NCBI GenBank assembly: GCA_047495785.1 | Contig: JBLDXI010000003.1 | Coordinates: forward strand, 1,488,001 to 1,552,000 | Source: Lepidodermella squamata | Taxonomy: Eukaryota > Animalia > Gastrotricha | DNA: 64,000 nucleotides | Reading direction: 5' to 3' | Part shown: positions 26,900 to 38,662 of the stretch, piece by piece | Position numbering within the stretch: the stretch's first letter is position 1 | Layout of the letters: each line of letters begins with the position of its first letter | Notes under the pieces: generated by a model | What the model was told of the DNA's origin: nothing | Databases searched by the model: none | Seen by the model: the letters and a program-made list of their open reading frames with translations, nothing else | Made by a program: the position numbers and the translations under genes

Positions 26900-27240
26900 C
26901 GAAACCTCTGGATATGTATTTCTTTATCGTTATGTATATCAAGTCTCAGCAGCAATTTCTCATGCAATGCATGTCTTCGGGTTTATTCTCCTTCATTTAA
27001 CGAAATACTGATGGCGTCTATCCGAGATGAATTCTTTTGTTAATTGTATTGCCAAAAGTAAATAAAACCGCCGGCAAAGATGATAACATGACAATATCAT
27101 CGCACAGAATTTGAACACCTGCTTGGGCAATACGTGAAAAAAGTCGGTCGATCAGTTCGCCATGATAACAACGACACAAGGCCTGCATGATGCTACGAGT
27201 GCACTTAAGCTCTTAGTAAAACAACATGTTTTGTAGTTGA
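26900..27240 (-). repeat. Dispersed degenerate repeat, probable membrane-protein pseudogene fragment
   Basis: Related copies at ~7880-8092 + 13908-13975, ~15680-15790 and ~22170-22300. The minus strand reads e.g. SVLSKQVFKFAAMLLLISCFPAVFFTVGNT. Confidence 0.6.
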
Positions 27241-28349
27241 GTATGCAGCAGGCTGCGAAGTATAGAGTGCTGAGGTGTCTCGACACCCCAGTAACCTTGG
27301 GAATCCGACCAGAGAAAGGCTGAAAAAACCACACAGCGTTAACGGCGCGCCAAAACAACCACTTAGATGACTCATTCGATCGTACTTTCAGTCGCCTAAC
27401 GTATTGGTGAAGTACGTTAGGCTTATTGAGCACCAATTTTTTCATCTATCGAACGTACTTTCCATATAAAATCTATAAATAGTAAAGTGGTTGTTTTGGC
27501 GCGTCGCTAACGACAGGAGGGATCCTTTGGGATCCTTTGGTTTCTTCAGCTGGTAGCTAGGACCACCTCGCCTCCCGGATCCTTCTGCGCAGGTATGCAG
27601 GAACGACTAAAAGAAACCATCACCAACATGAGACTTAATGAACATAAAAAGCCAATATATATGACACAATAATGGTGTCAACCTTAAAAAATCGTTTAAA
27701 ATCGAAAGTCTTTTTCTTTCATTACTTTTCAAATCGAACAATTTTTGTACTGAATTCTTTTTTGGTGGAAATCGCGGTCGGCATCGGCGATTTAATGCTC
27801 GGAAGCGCAGCCGATTCTAATGCATTCTGCTGGCACCTCGTGCATCAGCTCGTGAAAACCACAATGCCTAAGATATTGAACTACTACAGCAGTCCGAATT
27901 TCCTCTTGGCGAATCCGACTGCGGCGATCAATTCGACGGCGATGACTCTGAAGGCGTTACTGAAAAACTACAACGAAAAATCGAAAAATCGAAACGATTC
28001 GCCAACTATGCTGATCAACGAGTTTTGGAGGAAAATCTCTGTGCGAAGCGACTGCATTTGCATTGTTGGGCTATGATCCTGACCAGCTTTAAGAGCCGGA
28101 TTGAATCACGCCAGTTCACGCCGGCGCCAGTTTTCAAGTGGATAATTGTACGTTGCATTTCAAATAGCTGACTATTTTGATTGTTTATTAGCTCAGCTCT
28201 CGCGTTTAAGCGTGCAATAAAAATGGTTTTTGTTAAAATGCTTTCTTTGGTTCACATTTTTGCTTAGCTCTAGTCTAATCCTTTAATGCAGTCTGGTTCA
28301 TTCAGTGATTTGGAATTTAACAGAAATTAAAAATAAAAGATCCACCATA

Positions 28350-29400
28350 AACGCGTGAGCGGGCGGAATGAGCGGGCAGAAACACAAGGCGGAGACACAT
28401 TTCCCATTGAACCAAAAAAAACCAACCCTGTGGGAATTAAGGAATCCTTAACGGTTTAGGATTCCTGTTCCCACATGGATGGTTTTTTTCTGAAGAAAAA
28501 CTATTTATCCGCTCTAAAACCGGATAGAATGCCGGAACACTCACACCCAAGGTGCCAGGTTAAATTAATTTTGTTGCAATTATATAAAAAATCAATCTTA
28601 AAAAATCGTTTAGCAAATTGCTTTTGTTTGATCCATAGAGAATAGAGTTACCAGAGATGAAACTCCTATTGGAAACTTGAAGTTTTAATTCTTTTGCCGA
28701 TTTCGTAAATTTTCATTATGGCGGATCTTTTTTAAACTCACGCATGCATGTTTACATGTAAAAAAGGGTGTTTTTCAACGCGCTATACCCACTATCCCCC
28801 ATCATGGAATTTTTATTTTTTTATTTTAATCTAAGGGGATCGGTTTCAACTTCAACCAGTTCAAAGGAATCGGCTGGGAAATGAATGGTTTTGACGCCAT
28901 AGCGGTTTTCCCGAAGGTCACTTTTTGGGGGTTCAAAAATAGGTGTTTTCGGCTTGACCCCACGGCCACATCCTTGATCGGACCATCGTTTTCCTTGGTG
29001 GAAATGATAGAACTGAGTCCATATTATCACCATGTGAAATGAGTTGTTTACCAAGGCCGCCGTTCAAAAATTATTCATGGGTTTCAGAAGTTTTTAAGTA
29101 AATAACTCCACGGTGCATGTCCAACATCCAGAACTGACTATTTGATTATTATAAGCTCATCTCTCACAGGTTAAGCGTTCAATAAAAATGGGTTTTGTTA
29201 AAATGCACTCTTTGGTACACATTTTTGCTTTGCTAGTCCAATTTCCAATAGTCCAATAGTCCAATAGTCCAATGGAGCCTGCAACTCGATTTCAGCCCTT
29301 GAAAATAACCTCGGGCTTCGCTTCGCTACGCCCTCGGGCATTTTCAGCTGGCCGAAATCTCGTTTCTGCCCTCAACACCGTTAAGGATTCCTTAATTCCA
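28350..29400. mobile_element. Probable non-autonomous Crypton-derived sequences
   Basis: 29286-29373 resembles the Crypton end at 21478-21576. 28350-28435 resembles the reverse complement of the other end (19483-19560). A 23-bp inverted repeat lies at 28433 and 29377-29399. Confidence 0.55.
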
Positions 29401-29724
29401 CCCTCTGGCCAGAGGTCTTAACATGTTTTCAAGCCAGTTATTAAAGAAAAACAAAAATTCGATGTTTTCGTAATCGTTTTCTTATGCCCTGAAGCATTGG
29501 AGACTTTCGACTTTCCAGTTCAATAATTGTCCAGGGTTGATAGATAAAAACTCATTGATCGGCTGTTTATTTGCTTTGATGCCGGGTGCGCGAGGGAGAT
29601 CGCGTGGTTCACGTGGCTGACTCTATATATGGAAGGCGGTTAGCAGCTCCTAATTCACTTCTCAACTTATTTCTTTAGAAATAATATCTTCCTTTCTTTT
29701 CGAACACTCACCATTTGCTAGATA

Positions 29725-30126
29725 ATGCTGCGCTGTTTAGTATTCGCACTCTTTGTAAGTTTTTGCACTTGTGAATAATCGGGCTTTCAAATGCGCTTTC
29801 ACCACAACAAGGTCGGTGTCGTTCTTAGCGACGTTCTATCCGAGCAAAGCCGTGGCACTTCTGCTGCTAAACCCAAGGTGCCTGTCAAAGTACCGTCACA
29901 AGGCCAAGCTACTGGTGCTCCTACCAAGATCCCAGGCAAACCTGTACAACGCCCTGAGCCACCGAAAGCTAAGCCTGCGGCAAACAAGATTGGAAAACCC
30001 CAGAAGCCACGAGAGGAAAGCCGAACTGTGCCTCATAGGCACCACGATAAACCGGTCGGCGTTTCTTTCAGGGTGCGCAGGTCGATTAACAAAGTTAAGC
30101 CTCTGCAGTTGTCACTTAGGATTTAG
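29725..30126 (+). CDS. Secreted SFRV peptide precursor copy D (Pro/Lys-rich pro-region)
   Basis: MLRCLVFALF|VGVVLSDVLSEQ, a Pro/Lys-rich stretch, TVPHRHHDKPVGVSFRV-RR-SINKVKPLQLSLRI*. RVRR is a furin-type site. Confidence 0.8.
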
Positions 30127-30419
30127 ATTGCGCAAACTTATCAAATCCAGAACGTTGGTGGGATGTTCAGCTTTGTTGTGGGATATTATGCTGTTAATTC
30201 GAAGATGAGTCTGAAATGTTCTGGACGAATGACGAAGCCAAAGTGACAAATAGATGGTTTGCAGGCTTGTCTGACACTTTATTGATGAAAAATTAAATAA
30301 ACTCCATATGCAAGCTTATTATATCACTCTCGTCTTACCCGCATTTCTGATGGAGAACAAGATTTGTTGGTAATTGTAGCACATAGCACATAGATTACAT
30401 GATAATCTAAAGAATTCAT

Positions 30420-30746
30420 TAAACGGAGACCGATTTCGACTAGGAGCCGCGGCGTTTGGTTATCTTGCGGCCGAACTTCTTGCTGTGGCGGCACTTCAGG
30501 GCGGCCACCCACTTACAGAAGGTTTTGCGGTTATTCTCGTATAGGACCGGCTCACCGATAATGGTGCTGTAATGGTGCTCCTGTGGTAGTTGCGGTGCAG
30601 CTTCTTCGATTCGACATTCCACACCTTGGCCTCAGAGCCTCAGAAATTGTGAAAATCATTAGCAAATTTTACTATAGAATCTTGGGCATTTAGTACTTAC
30701 CGAGTCCGAGCAGAACAAGAGCGACAATGGCGAGAATGGCGTGCAT
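30420..30746 (-). pseudogene. Frameshifted paralogue of the cationic secreted protein at 37.6-38.1 kb
   Basis: MHAILAIVALVLLGL|GSEAKVWNVESKKLHRNYH. A short internal duplication (GCACCATTA) shifts the frame, and the homologous frame ends KKFGRKITKRRGS*. Confidence 0.75.
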
Positions 30747-30966
30747 TTTAATGAATTGATCGATTTGCAAGATTGAGAAATAAATAGAAGAAATAACTTG
30801 ATGATTTTATTGACCCAATTTATATACATGAAGATTTATTTCATATCGCGCAGTTCAATTAGTTCCTTTTGGTAGTTGGTACCAAAATACTGGTACAAAA
30901 TTACAAAATGCGGCTAATCAGAAATAAAAATATTTGCGAGTCAATAATATTTGAATAGAAAAATGA

Positions 30967-31038
30967 AGGTCCCATCGAGAATCGAACTCGAGTCGCTGGA
31001 TTCAGAGTCCAGAGTGCTAACCGCTACACCATGGAACC
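30967..31038 (-). tRNA. tRNA-Gln(CTG)
   Basis: Reverse complement GGTTCCATGGTGTAGCGGTTAGCACTCTGGACTCTGAATCCAGCGACTCGAGTTCGATTCTCGATGGGACCT. Confidence 0.95.
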
Positions 31039-31217
31039 TGTGATGAGATTGAGGGTACTCGTTAAGGCTTATTATATTCAAGCTGTTACAACAACAGGCC
31101 GTGACTTCATAACCTTGTTATCTCCACATCTCCGTTTTCACACCAGCATGAAGCATTGTTGATGAAATACTTAATGCCATTAACAAGACCTTAAAGCCGG
31201 TCTCATATTCAAGCAAG

Positions 31218-31288
31218 GCATCGGTGGTTCAGTGGTAGAATTCTCGCCTGCCACGCGGGAGGCCTGGGTTCGATTCCCGGCCGATGCA
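31218..31288 (+). tRNA. tRNA-Gly(GCC)
   Basis: Copy of the 24905 gene with one T-stem C>T change (G-U compatible). Confidence 0.93.
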
Positions 31289-31751
31289 CGCTATAATGTT
31301 TTTATCTCAGAAAATAATTCCATTTTTTCACACTTTTAGCCAGAATACAGTGCTCCCCCGTTATCTGCAACCCCGCCATCTGCCTGGAAAAGTGTTCATA
31401 TTTTTATCCACGACTCAAAGCACAAAAGTGATTTGGCAATGAAAACTGCAATGTCCCATTGTGAATTCCCGGCATTGAGCACATATTATCAATTGAACAA
31501 TATTCACGAATACGATTTTCCACAGGCCGCTGAAAATAGGGAAAGGCGAATAAAAAATCAAGACGCGTTGTCATGTTTACTGTTTGCTTAGTGCCATCTG
31601 GCTTGCAACTCGCTCAAATTTAATCCCTGACTCGTTTACAGCCCCCGTTAGGTGTCTCACTCGATAATTGCACGACCCCGGCTCCGGCCCCAATGCGGAT
31701 ATCGGTGGAGCACTCCAGTGTCATTACGCTCAAAAATGAATCATCATCGCT

Positions 31752-31823
31752 AGGCCCAGGCGGGAATTGAACCCGCGATCTTCTGTTTACGAGACAGACG
31801 CTCTACCACTAAGCTACTGAGCC
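31752..31823 (-). tRNA. tRNA-Thr(CGT)
   Basis: Reverse complement GGCTCAGTAGCTTAGTGGTAGAGCGTCTGTCTCGTAAACAGAAGATCGCGGGTTCAATTCCCGCCTGGGCCT, anticodon loop CTCGTAA. Confidence 0.93.
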
Positions 31824-32093
31824 GATTGATTCTAGCAAAATCCGAATGAATCAACGACTAAAAAGAAAAGAAATTAGCATTCCAAATCATTCAAGGATTC
31901 AAGTTATTACTTTGGTATTTCCTGGCCTAGAAACTTGCGTAAAAGAATAATGTGAGGAAACATGTGAACTTGTTTTATTAAGAGCATGTTCTTCCGGTCT
32001 CTATGTTTCAGGAATTATAGGAGTGTTGAAAGCTGTCGACTACATCATGTTCGCACGTCACAACATTCTAGGTTACAACTGGCTATCATATTT

Positions 32094-35000
32094 TTAGAAA
32101 TGAATAAAGCCGCCCATCAAAGCGTGAAGGCCCAGGAAAGCAATCAGGTTCAGAACGACACACACAGCATCACAAAGTCTGCAGAAGCTAAGCTTCATCC
32201 AACGAGTGCTCGAATCAACCTTGCAAGAATGATCATGGCAACAACTCGCCAATTGGTACAGCGTGGAAACTGCACAAAGCCAACCGATCGCCTCGATGTA
32301 ATCCACCAGAAAGATGTGCTGAGATGTCTTCGGAATGTTACTGACCACCCCAGACTGCGCTACATTCATCGCGAGGAGAACTGACATTGAAAAGCCAGGC
32401 CGGTCAGGAAGTTCTGGCGGCAGGAGGAACGACGCGATTTCAATGAAGAACAACACAGCTGATGGAATGATCATATTGTAGACGAAATAAGTCGGATTCC
32501 TAGCCACACTTACTGCAAAGAAAACTGCATGAGTGACCTTGCCCCTGAATTTCAACCTCCCAGTGCTGTAGGAGTGTCCCTTGTAGATCCAGTGATCAGC
32601 TTCGCTTGTTGCCGAGTTGCTCCACAGGAACATCGGCTCGCCAAACTGGATTAGCGAAACAGCTCGATTTAACGAGAAAGCGAACACGCAGGTTTGCTCA
32701 TCGAATGGGAAATTCGCGAGGTCTAAATCGCAAGATGCCGAGTACTGGCCGTCTTTCAACCAGTAAAAGTTCAGGGATCTGTTCACAGCTTTAGCCGGCT
32801 TTTCCATGGTTACTACCAAATCATCGCCGAAGTGGTCGGTAGTCTGCATGTACATTGAACCTGTAGCACTGTTGACAAAGCGAAAAGCGGGCGTCCAAAC
32901 TTCACTCGGGTCAGAAATGTACAGCTGTTCTAGAGGTCTTATTGTGAAGATGTCGTCAGTATCAGCTGGGCACGAGGAGACTTTCCATGAAAGAAGCAGC
33001 GAGGCGACAACGGTAAGAGTTTCAGCCACGTTGTCGATGTCAACAATCTTTTCGACGCCAAAAGCAGGTTGGATTACGACGTTCGAGTCGCCGGGTAAAG
33101 GAGGAGGTGCTGCTCGACTTTTCGCAAAGTCCTTACATAGCAAGAGCAGTTCTCTTGCTGTGATGTTTGCATAAGACAGGTCGATCAACTCATTGCCGTC
33201 GAATGGCCACAGGTTTTGGATTTGTTGATATGGAGTGTCGCTCAACACTTCGACTATTCGCAACACAGCCTTTTGATCTAGAAACAAAATTATAGAAGGT
33301 AATTAAGTCTTTAAAGCTTCTTCACTCACTCAAAGACCCTGACGTATTTCCCTGTGGTTTTGTTTGGATGGGCGGACTCACTGTTGAGCTAGATTGCTGG
33401 GTAGATGAGGAAACTATAACTGACTTCAAGGTGGATTCAGTTGAGCTGGTTGGCGCATAACTAGCCTGAGAAGACGAACGTCTAATAATTTTAACTAAAA
33501 TATGCAAAAAATACCAGTTGCGAGTTGTCGGTCGTGGTGGGAGAGGATAAAACAGGCGAGCTTTGTGCTTGTATCGAAGTTGAAGCCAAAAGAGAGGTCG
33601 TGGGAATGGGCGTGGAAGTCTTTGAAGTAGTTGATGTAGTCTGGAAAACGAAAACGCATTAACGATCTTGTAACGAAATGCATGAAGGATATAATTTCCT
33701 TGGTGATACCTTGGGAATGCTAAAGGAGAATATTCAAACTTTTGGCATTTCCCTATTTCAACTTCGAAAAGATTGATTTAGAAACTAACGAAGGTTTCAA
33801 AAAGTTCCAAAAAGAAAATCAATTCCACGCCAAATTTGTCCGTGTTACCTAAAACTACCTAGTACGCATGTGAGAATACCTTTGTCGAACTGGTAATTGT
33901 GGTGCTTGACGGAGAAACGGAGGAAATTGTTGTCAGCACAGTGGATGTACTAGTAATCTATTAGGAAGAAAAGTAACGGCATCAAAAAATATCCCTTGGT
34001 AATTAGTCCTCAAATCCAAACCGTTGATGTTGGTAAGGTTGTCGCGATAGTCGTCGTGATGGTTGACGATGCCTAGGAACAGGGACTAGGGATGAAAGTA
34101 GGATCAGTTCGGGCGAAATCTTACTGTCGAAGGCACTGGGGTTGTAGTTGTTGTTGTGGCTGCTGTCGTAGTAGTCGAAGTTGTTGTAGTGGTTGAACTG
34201 GTCGAAGTCGATGGGCTGGTTGTCTGTATTTAAGCGTAAAATAAGCAATTTTCGAGGAAGTTCATGAAATACCGTGGTCGTAGTCGATGTTGAAGTCGTA
34301 ACTTGCGAGCAGTCGTAGATATTCACAGAGTGAACGTCAAAGGTTGTCCGAGCATCAGCGCTATTGCAAGCCGCAACGCCTAGCGATATGTTGCTGCCAA
34401 ACGCCACAGGAATCGTGCTAGGCATGGCAGCGTTCGAAATAATTTGCATGCAGATATTCGTGCCAAATTTACAGACATTGATCGAAAGCGTTTGATTACG
34501 CACCCTGTACTGCCAAACCGCTTTAGTCGACATGAAAGAGTCAAGCCACAGTTGGGTAAGGCCTTGGTCCCAACACCAGTCCATCTGGTTGCAATAGCCC
34601 CACCATTTCGAGTAATCTGGGCTGGGTAGGAAAGGAATCATGACTCCGTATCTGGCGTTGCTAAATACAGTTAGACCAGCGTGATTGTACTGATCGACTC
34701 CATACTGCTGCCCTAATATCCAGGTGAGATAATTCGCAGGTCTGATAATACCGGCCTGATTGGAGATAATCAAAGCAAATCCATAAGGACTCCAAGAGTC
34801 TATGTAGACTCCAGATTCGATGACAAGTTCGATGTAGAAGTCGGACAAATTGAAAGGCTGTACAAACAGAAGTAGACATCCATGAAACAAGGGAAACAAA
34901 CCAATCTTACTGATTTACTCCAAATAGCCCCGCTTTGATAGTAGTCCTCCGATACCAATCTTATCGTCCCCGGTGGCTGCGCAGTCGTGTTGAGATTTGA

Positions 35001-36117
35001 ATATCTGTAGTAGTCCCAATTAGTCACGTCTAAGGGAGTTGTGTAAGATAGCGAAGTCCTCAGAGCTCCGCCGTAGCATGTTAAAGATAATGGATTAACC
35101 TTAAAGTGGCCAAATTACGGCAAGGCATCTTTGATCTTCAAGAAACTTACCACTGGCATAACAGTCGTAGAAGTACCTCCACAATTCCAAACATCCAAAG
35201 AATGCACATCGATGTATGCTGTATCATTCGAGTTGCTTGCTACTAAACCCAGTGACATTTGAGCTGTGGAAAAAGCGCTCTGTATCGAGTTTGGCAGCGT
35301 AGCATTGCTGAGTGTTAGAGTGCAGTTGTTCGTGTTATAGACGCAAGCTTCTACTGACAGCAGGCTCCCACGGACTCGCACAGACCAAGTTGTTTTCTGC
35401 ATGAAATACGTGCCTGGAAACTGCTGGTTGCCAGTCCAGCAAAAGTCAGCCCCAGAACAATTTGACGCCCATTTCGTTGCATTCACGTTGGGAGTTATGA
35501 AATTCGCCATAACGTTCGCAAGGGGACGAAAGTAAACGGTAAGACCTAAATAGGACAGGGTAGAGTTTGATGGCAAATCGAGGTGGTTTCAAACCAATGT
35601 GACGAAATTGTCTGACTCCGAAGATTGTATCACTCGAATAGCTGAGAAATCCAGATGGGGGCCGAACTATGCCAGCTTGGTTCGATATAGTTAGGGCGAA
35701 GCCATTCGGTGACCCCAAAAATGGCCCCATCGACACTGTTATCTCTGCATAGAAATCATCGATGGCAAAAGGCTTACAAATGGAGAGATTCCTTTCAACG
35801 AATTCGACTTGAAAAGAAATAAACTTACAGTTCTAGCCCACATCGAACCGTCGCTGGATGAGTTGGCTGAGACAAGTCGTGTTGTGCCCGCGCTTTGATT
35901 CAGCGAGTTCATACCAGAGTTGTAGAAGTATTCCCAGTTCGCTGACAGATTAGCTGGAGTTTGATAGGAGTACTGAGCTTGGTAAATACCCCCACTACAC
36001 TTCAGGCTCGACGAAGCATATGCCAAACCTTGAACAAGGTAAACATCTTACTTGGCATTTGTGTTTGAGCTACAACTCACCGTGAAGCAACGCGAAACTG
36101 AAAAGGCTAAGAAACAT
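32094..36117 (-). CDS. Second lectin-like + stalk + Cys-loop channel gene (inverted paralogue)
   Basis: Signal exon MFLSLFSFALLH|G, the same two lectin-like domains, S/T-rich exons, and a channel exon with CDLDLANFPFDEQTC and LPPELPDRPGFSMSVLLAMNV. Confidence 0.85.
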
Positions 36118-37054
36118 TGAAGCTTTTGACGTTGATAAATGAACTAGGTTGAGTGGACTTCAAGTTTGTGATGTTTGTACCTAAACACCCCCGTTACACC
36201 AGATTTTTGCTTTGTCGCTGACAACACTTTTACTGGACATGAAAAATTCATGATTTATCTGCCACGCCGTCTGGAGCTGGAAATCAATATCGCCGCAGCT
36301 TTTAGTGACTTTCTGTGATATTTTGCGACCAAAGTGAAAAGTGAGATCTATAGTACCCATTCCCATGTGACGTAGATAGGACGTCACATGCCCATTCTCC
36401 ATTTTGAGATTGATTTTGCAAACCTTGGAAATACTTATGCCAAGTTGGTTAATTGTCCAAAGGAGGTAGTTGTTCATTTTCCGAGGTATTCCGAGGTGAA
36501 ATCTGCGGGGTTATTTGTGCGGTCCCTCGCCACTCCACCAACGCCCACAGTCTACAACCTTGTGCCTAGATGGCGCACGGGCGTCAGACTCTGCGCAGTT
36601 TGTTAGAGTTGAATAAATATAATTCATTTCAAGGTTTCAGGCCTCATCAGCATGTTTCCGTTTCGAGCTATTAGAATAAATCTTTATTAGGTATGAACCC
36701 GAAATTTCAGAAAATGTTGGCTATTAGTTTCGCTTTGTTCGTCCATCATCGGAGCGGCATCAAAATATCAAATAAGATAAAAATCTGGGAGCTGCAACTA
36801 AATCTTGCTACCAATCATCTTTCGAATTTTGAATTCAGACTAAGGACTATAACAAGCGAGTATGGCAACACGGTTTTACCTATAGAAAGCGATAATCCTG
36901 CATTTGGCATAAAACAGAATCCTGCATTGCCATGAAATATTGATGGCAGAATTGAAACGACATTTTCGATATTAAAAATCGATCAGGGAGAATAAACAAA
37001 ACGCAAACGAAGATTCTATAGACTTGATATTGCCATCAGATTTGTCATTGAAAT

Positions 37055-37221
37055 CAAGGGTTTATCTAGCCACCCTCGACCCACCCCCAACCCACCCTCA
37101 AACTTTGGCTACCCACCCCCAAATTTCGAGCTTTTTTGGCTATTTTTGAGCTTTTGAGGTCCATTTTTACCCCATTTTACGACTACCCACCCCCAATTCG
37201 AAAAGGCTAGATAAACCCTTG
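37055..37221. mobile_element. hAT-type MITE
   Basis: 17-bp TIR CAAGGGTTTATCTAGCC with 8-bp direct repeat ATTGAAAT on both sides. Confidence 0.88.
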
Positions 37222-37616
37222 ATTGAAATTATTCTGAGGCCTAAGGCTAAGGCGAGGGACCGAGGGCAAGAGTCAAAACTCTGCCTACAGTTTGAAAATT
37301 GCTCATCGAGAAAGTCACAAATCTCATCCATGCATTAATTTCCCATAAATTTTAGTTATGGGATTCGAATTTTGTTACCGCTTATTACGCTTGTATTCGG
37401 TACTTGGGAAAAGGACCATGGCTTGAAAAATGAATATAAACGCAGACTGTCAACAATCAGGAAATGGATAACTAACTGAATAATACGAAACGATGCGACG
37501 CAGCGAGAAGATAACGGTAAACACTCCAAAACTTTATTTCACGCACGTTTTGCCAGTTTTTATTAACCAAATTTCGTATTGAGAAATATTTTTTTCATAT
37601 CATCATCAGGCGTCAT

Positions 37617-38118
37617 TTAATTGGAAGCGCTGACCGACTTGCTGTACGAGTACGAGCCCTTCTTGTTGCCCTTGCCCTTTCGGTTGAAGTTGTAGCCGAA
37701 CTTGTTGCCGAAGCTGTGGCCCCACCTGTTGCCGGCCTTCTTGTCGTGACGGCCGAACTTGCGACCGCCGTTGTTGCGCCTGTTGCCAGAGAACGAGACC
37801 GAGACGGAGACCGATTTCGAGTAGGAGCCGCGGCGTTTGTTCATCTTGCGGCCAAACTTCTTGCCGTGGTGGCGCTTCGGGGCGGCGCGCCACTTGCCGA
37901 AGGCCTTGCGGTTCTTCTCGAAGGACCGGCTCGCCGAGACACTGGCGCTCTTGTGGTAGTTGCGGTGCATCTCCTTCGACTCGACGTTCCACACCTTGGC
38001 CTCGGAATAGGCTTAAATTACGAAGAGAAAAATTTGAGAAAAAATAAGTAAATTTTGTGAAGTTTGACTAACCAAGTCCGAGAAGGACAACGCCAGCGAT
38101 CGCGAGAACAGCACGCAT
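37617..38118 (-). CDS. Secreted, strongly cationic Lys/Arg/Gly/Ser-rich protein (antimicrobial-like)
   Basis: Exon 1 MRAVLAIAGVVLLGL (38118-38073) and exon 2 from 38011 AYSEAKVWNVESKEMHRNYHKS...YSYSKSVSASN*. GC-rich codon bias, no Cys, few acidic residues. Confidence 0.8.
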
Positions 38119-38662
38119 TTTATTCGGAACGGAAAATAAATGAATGGTTGAAATTGAGAAAAATTGCTTGATGACATTCCCAACTCGCCGGCCTTCTCGC
38201 CCTTTTTTATATGAGGAAATTTATATTTCAAGACGCAGTGAAAAATGGTGATGCGCCACTCGAAATTGTCAATTTCCTTCTGATTTTCAATTTTTAATTT
38301 ATTAATTTTATTACAATCCGTCTCATCATGATTCATTTTTCCGAAAATTTCCGATATAAAATTGAAATTTGCTTTTTATTTAAAATCAATGATTTGCGAA
38401 CCTAATCAAAATCTAATAAAAACAATGTCGTTGCGGTTTACCTTGACTTCATGATGAGCATCGCGGCTGAAAATTCACGCAATCGAATAATTTGCAACAG
38501 GTAGAGTAATGAAACTTGATTTTTAAGGGACTTATTTTCAGGTCACAGAGAAAAATAACTTCACTCAAAATGTCTTAAGTGAGCCTTGGTTCCAATTTCA
38601 TTTACAATTTCCTCAATTTTTTCATCTTTTCGTAAGGAGGCTGAACAGTCTTTGGCCACATC

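Noticed and set aside
27672-28076. 134-aa ORF
   Set aside because: No recognisable motif or splice support, and it lies among repeat fragments.
37606-38051. Alternative-frame ORFs 37606-37992 (-) and 37716-38051 (+)
   Set aside because: Shadow ORFs from GC-rich codon bias. Only one frame splices to the signal exon.
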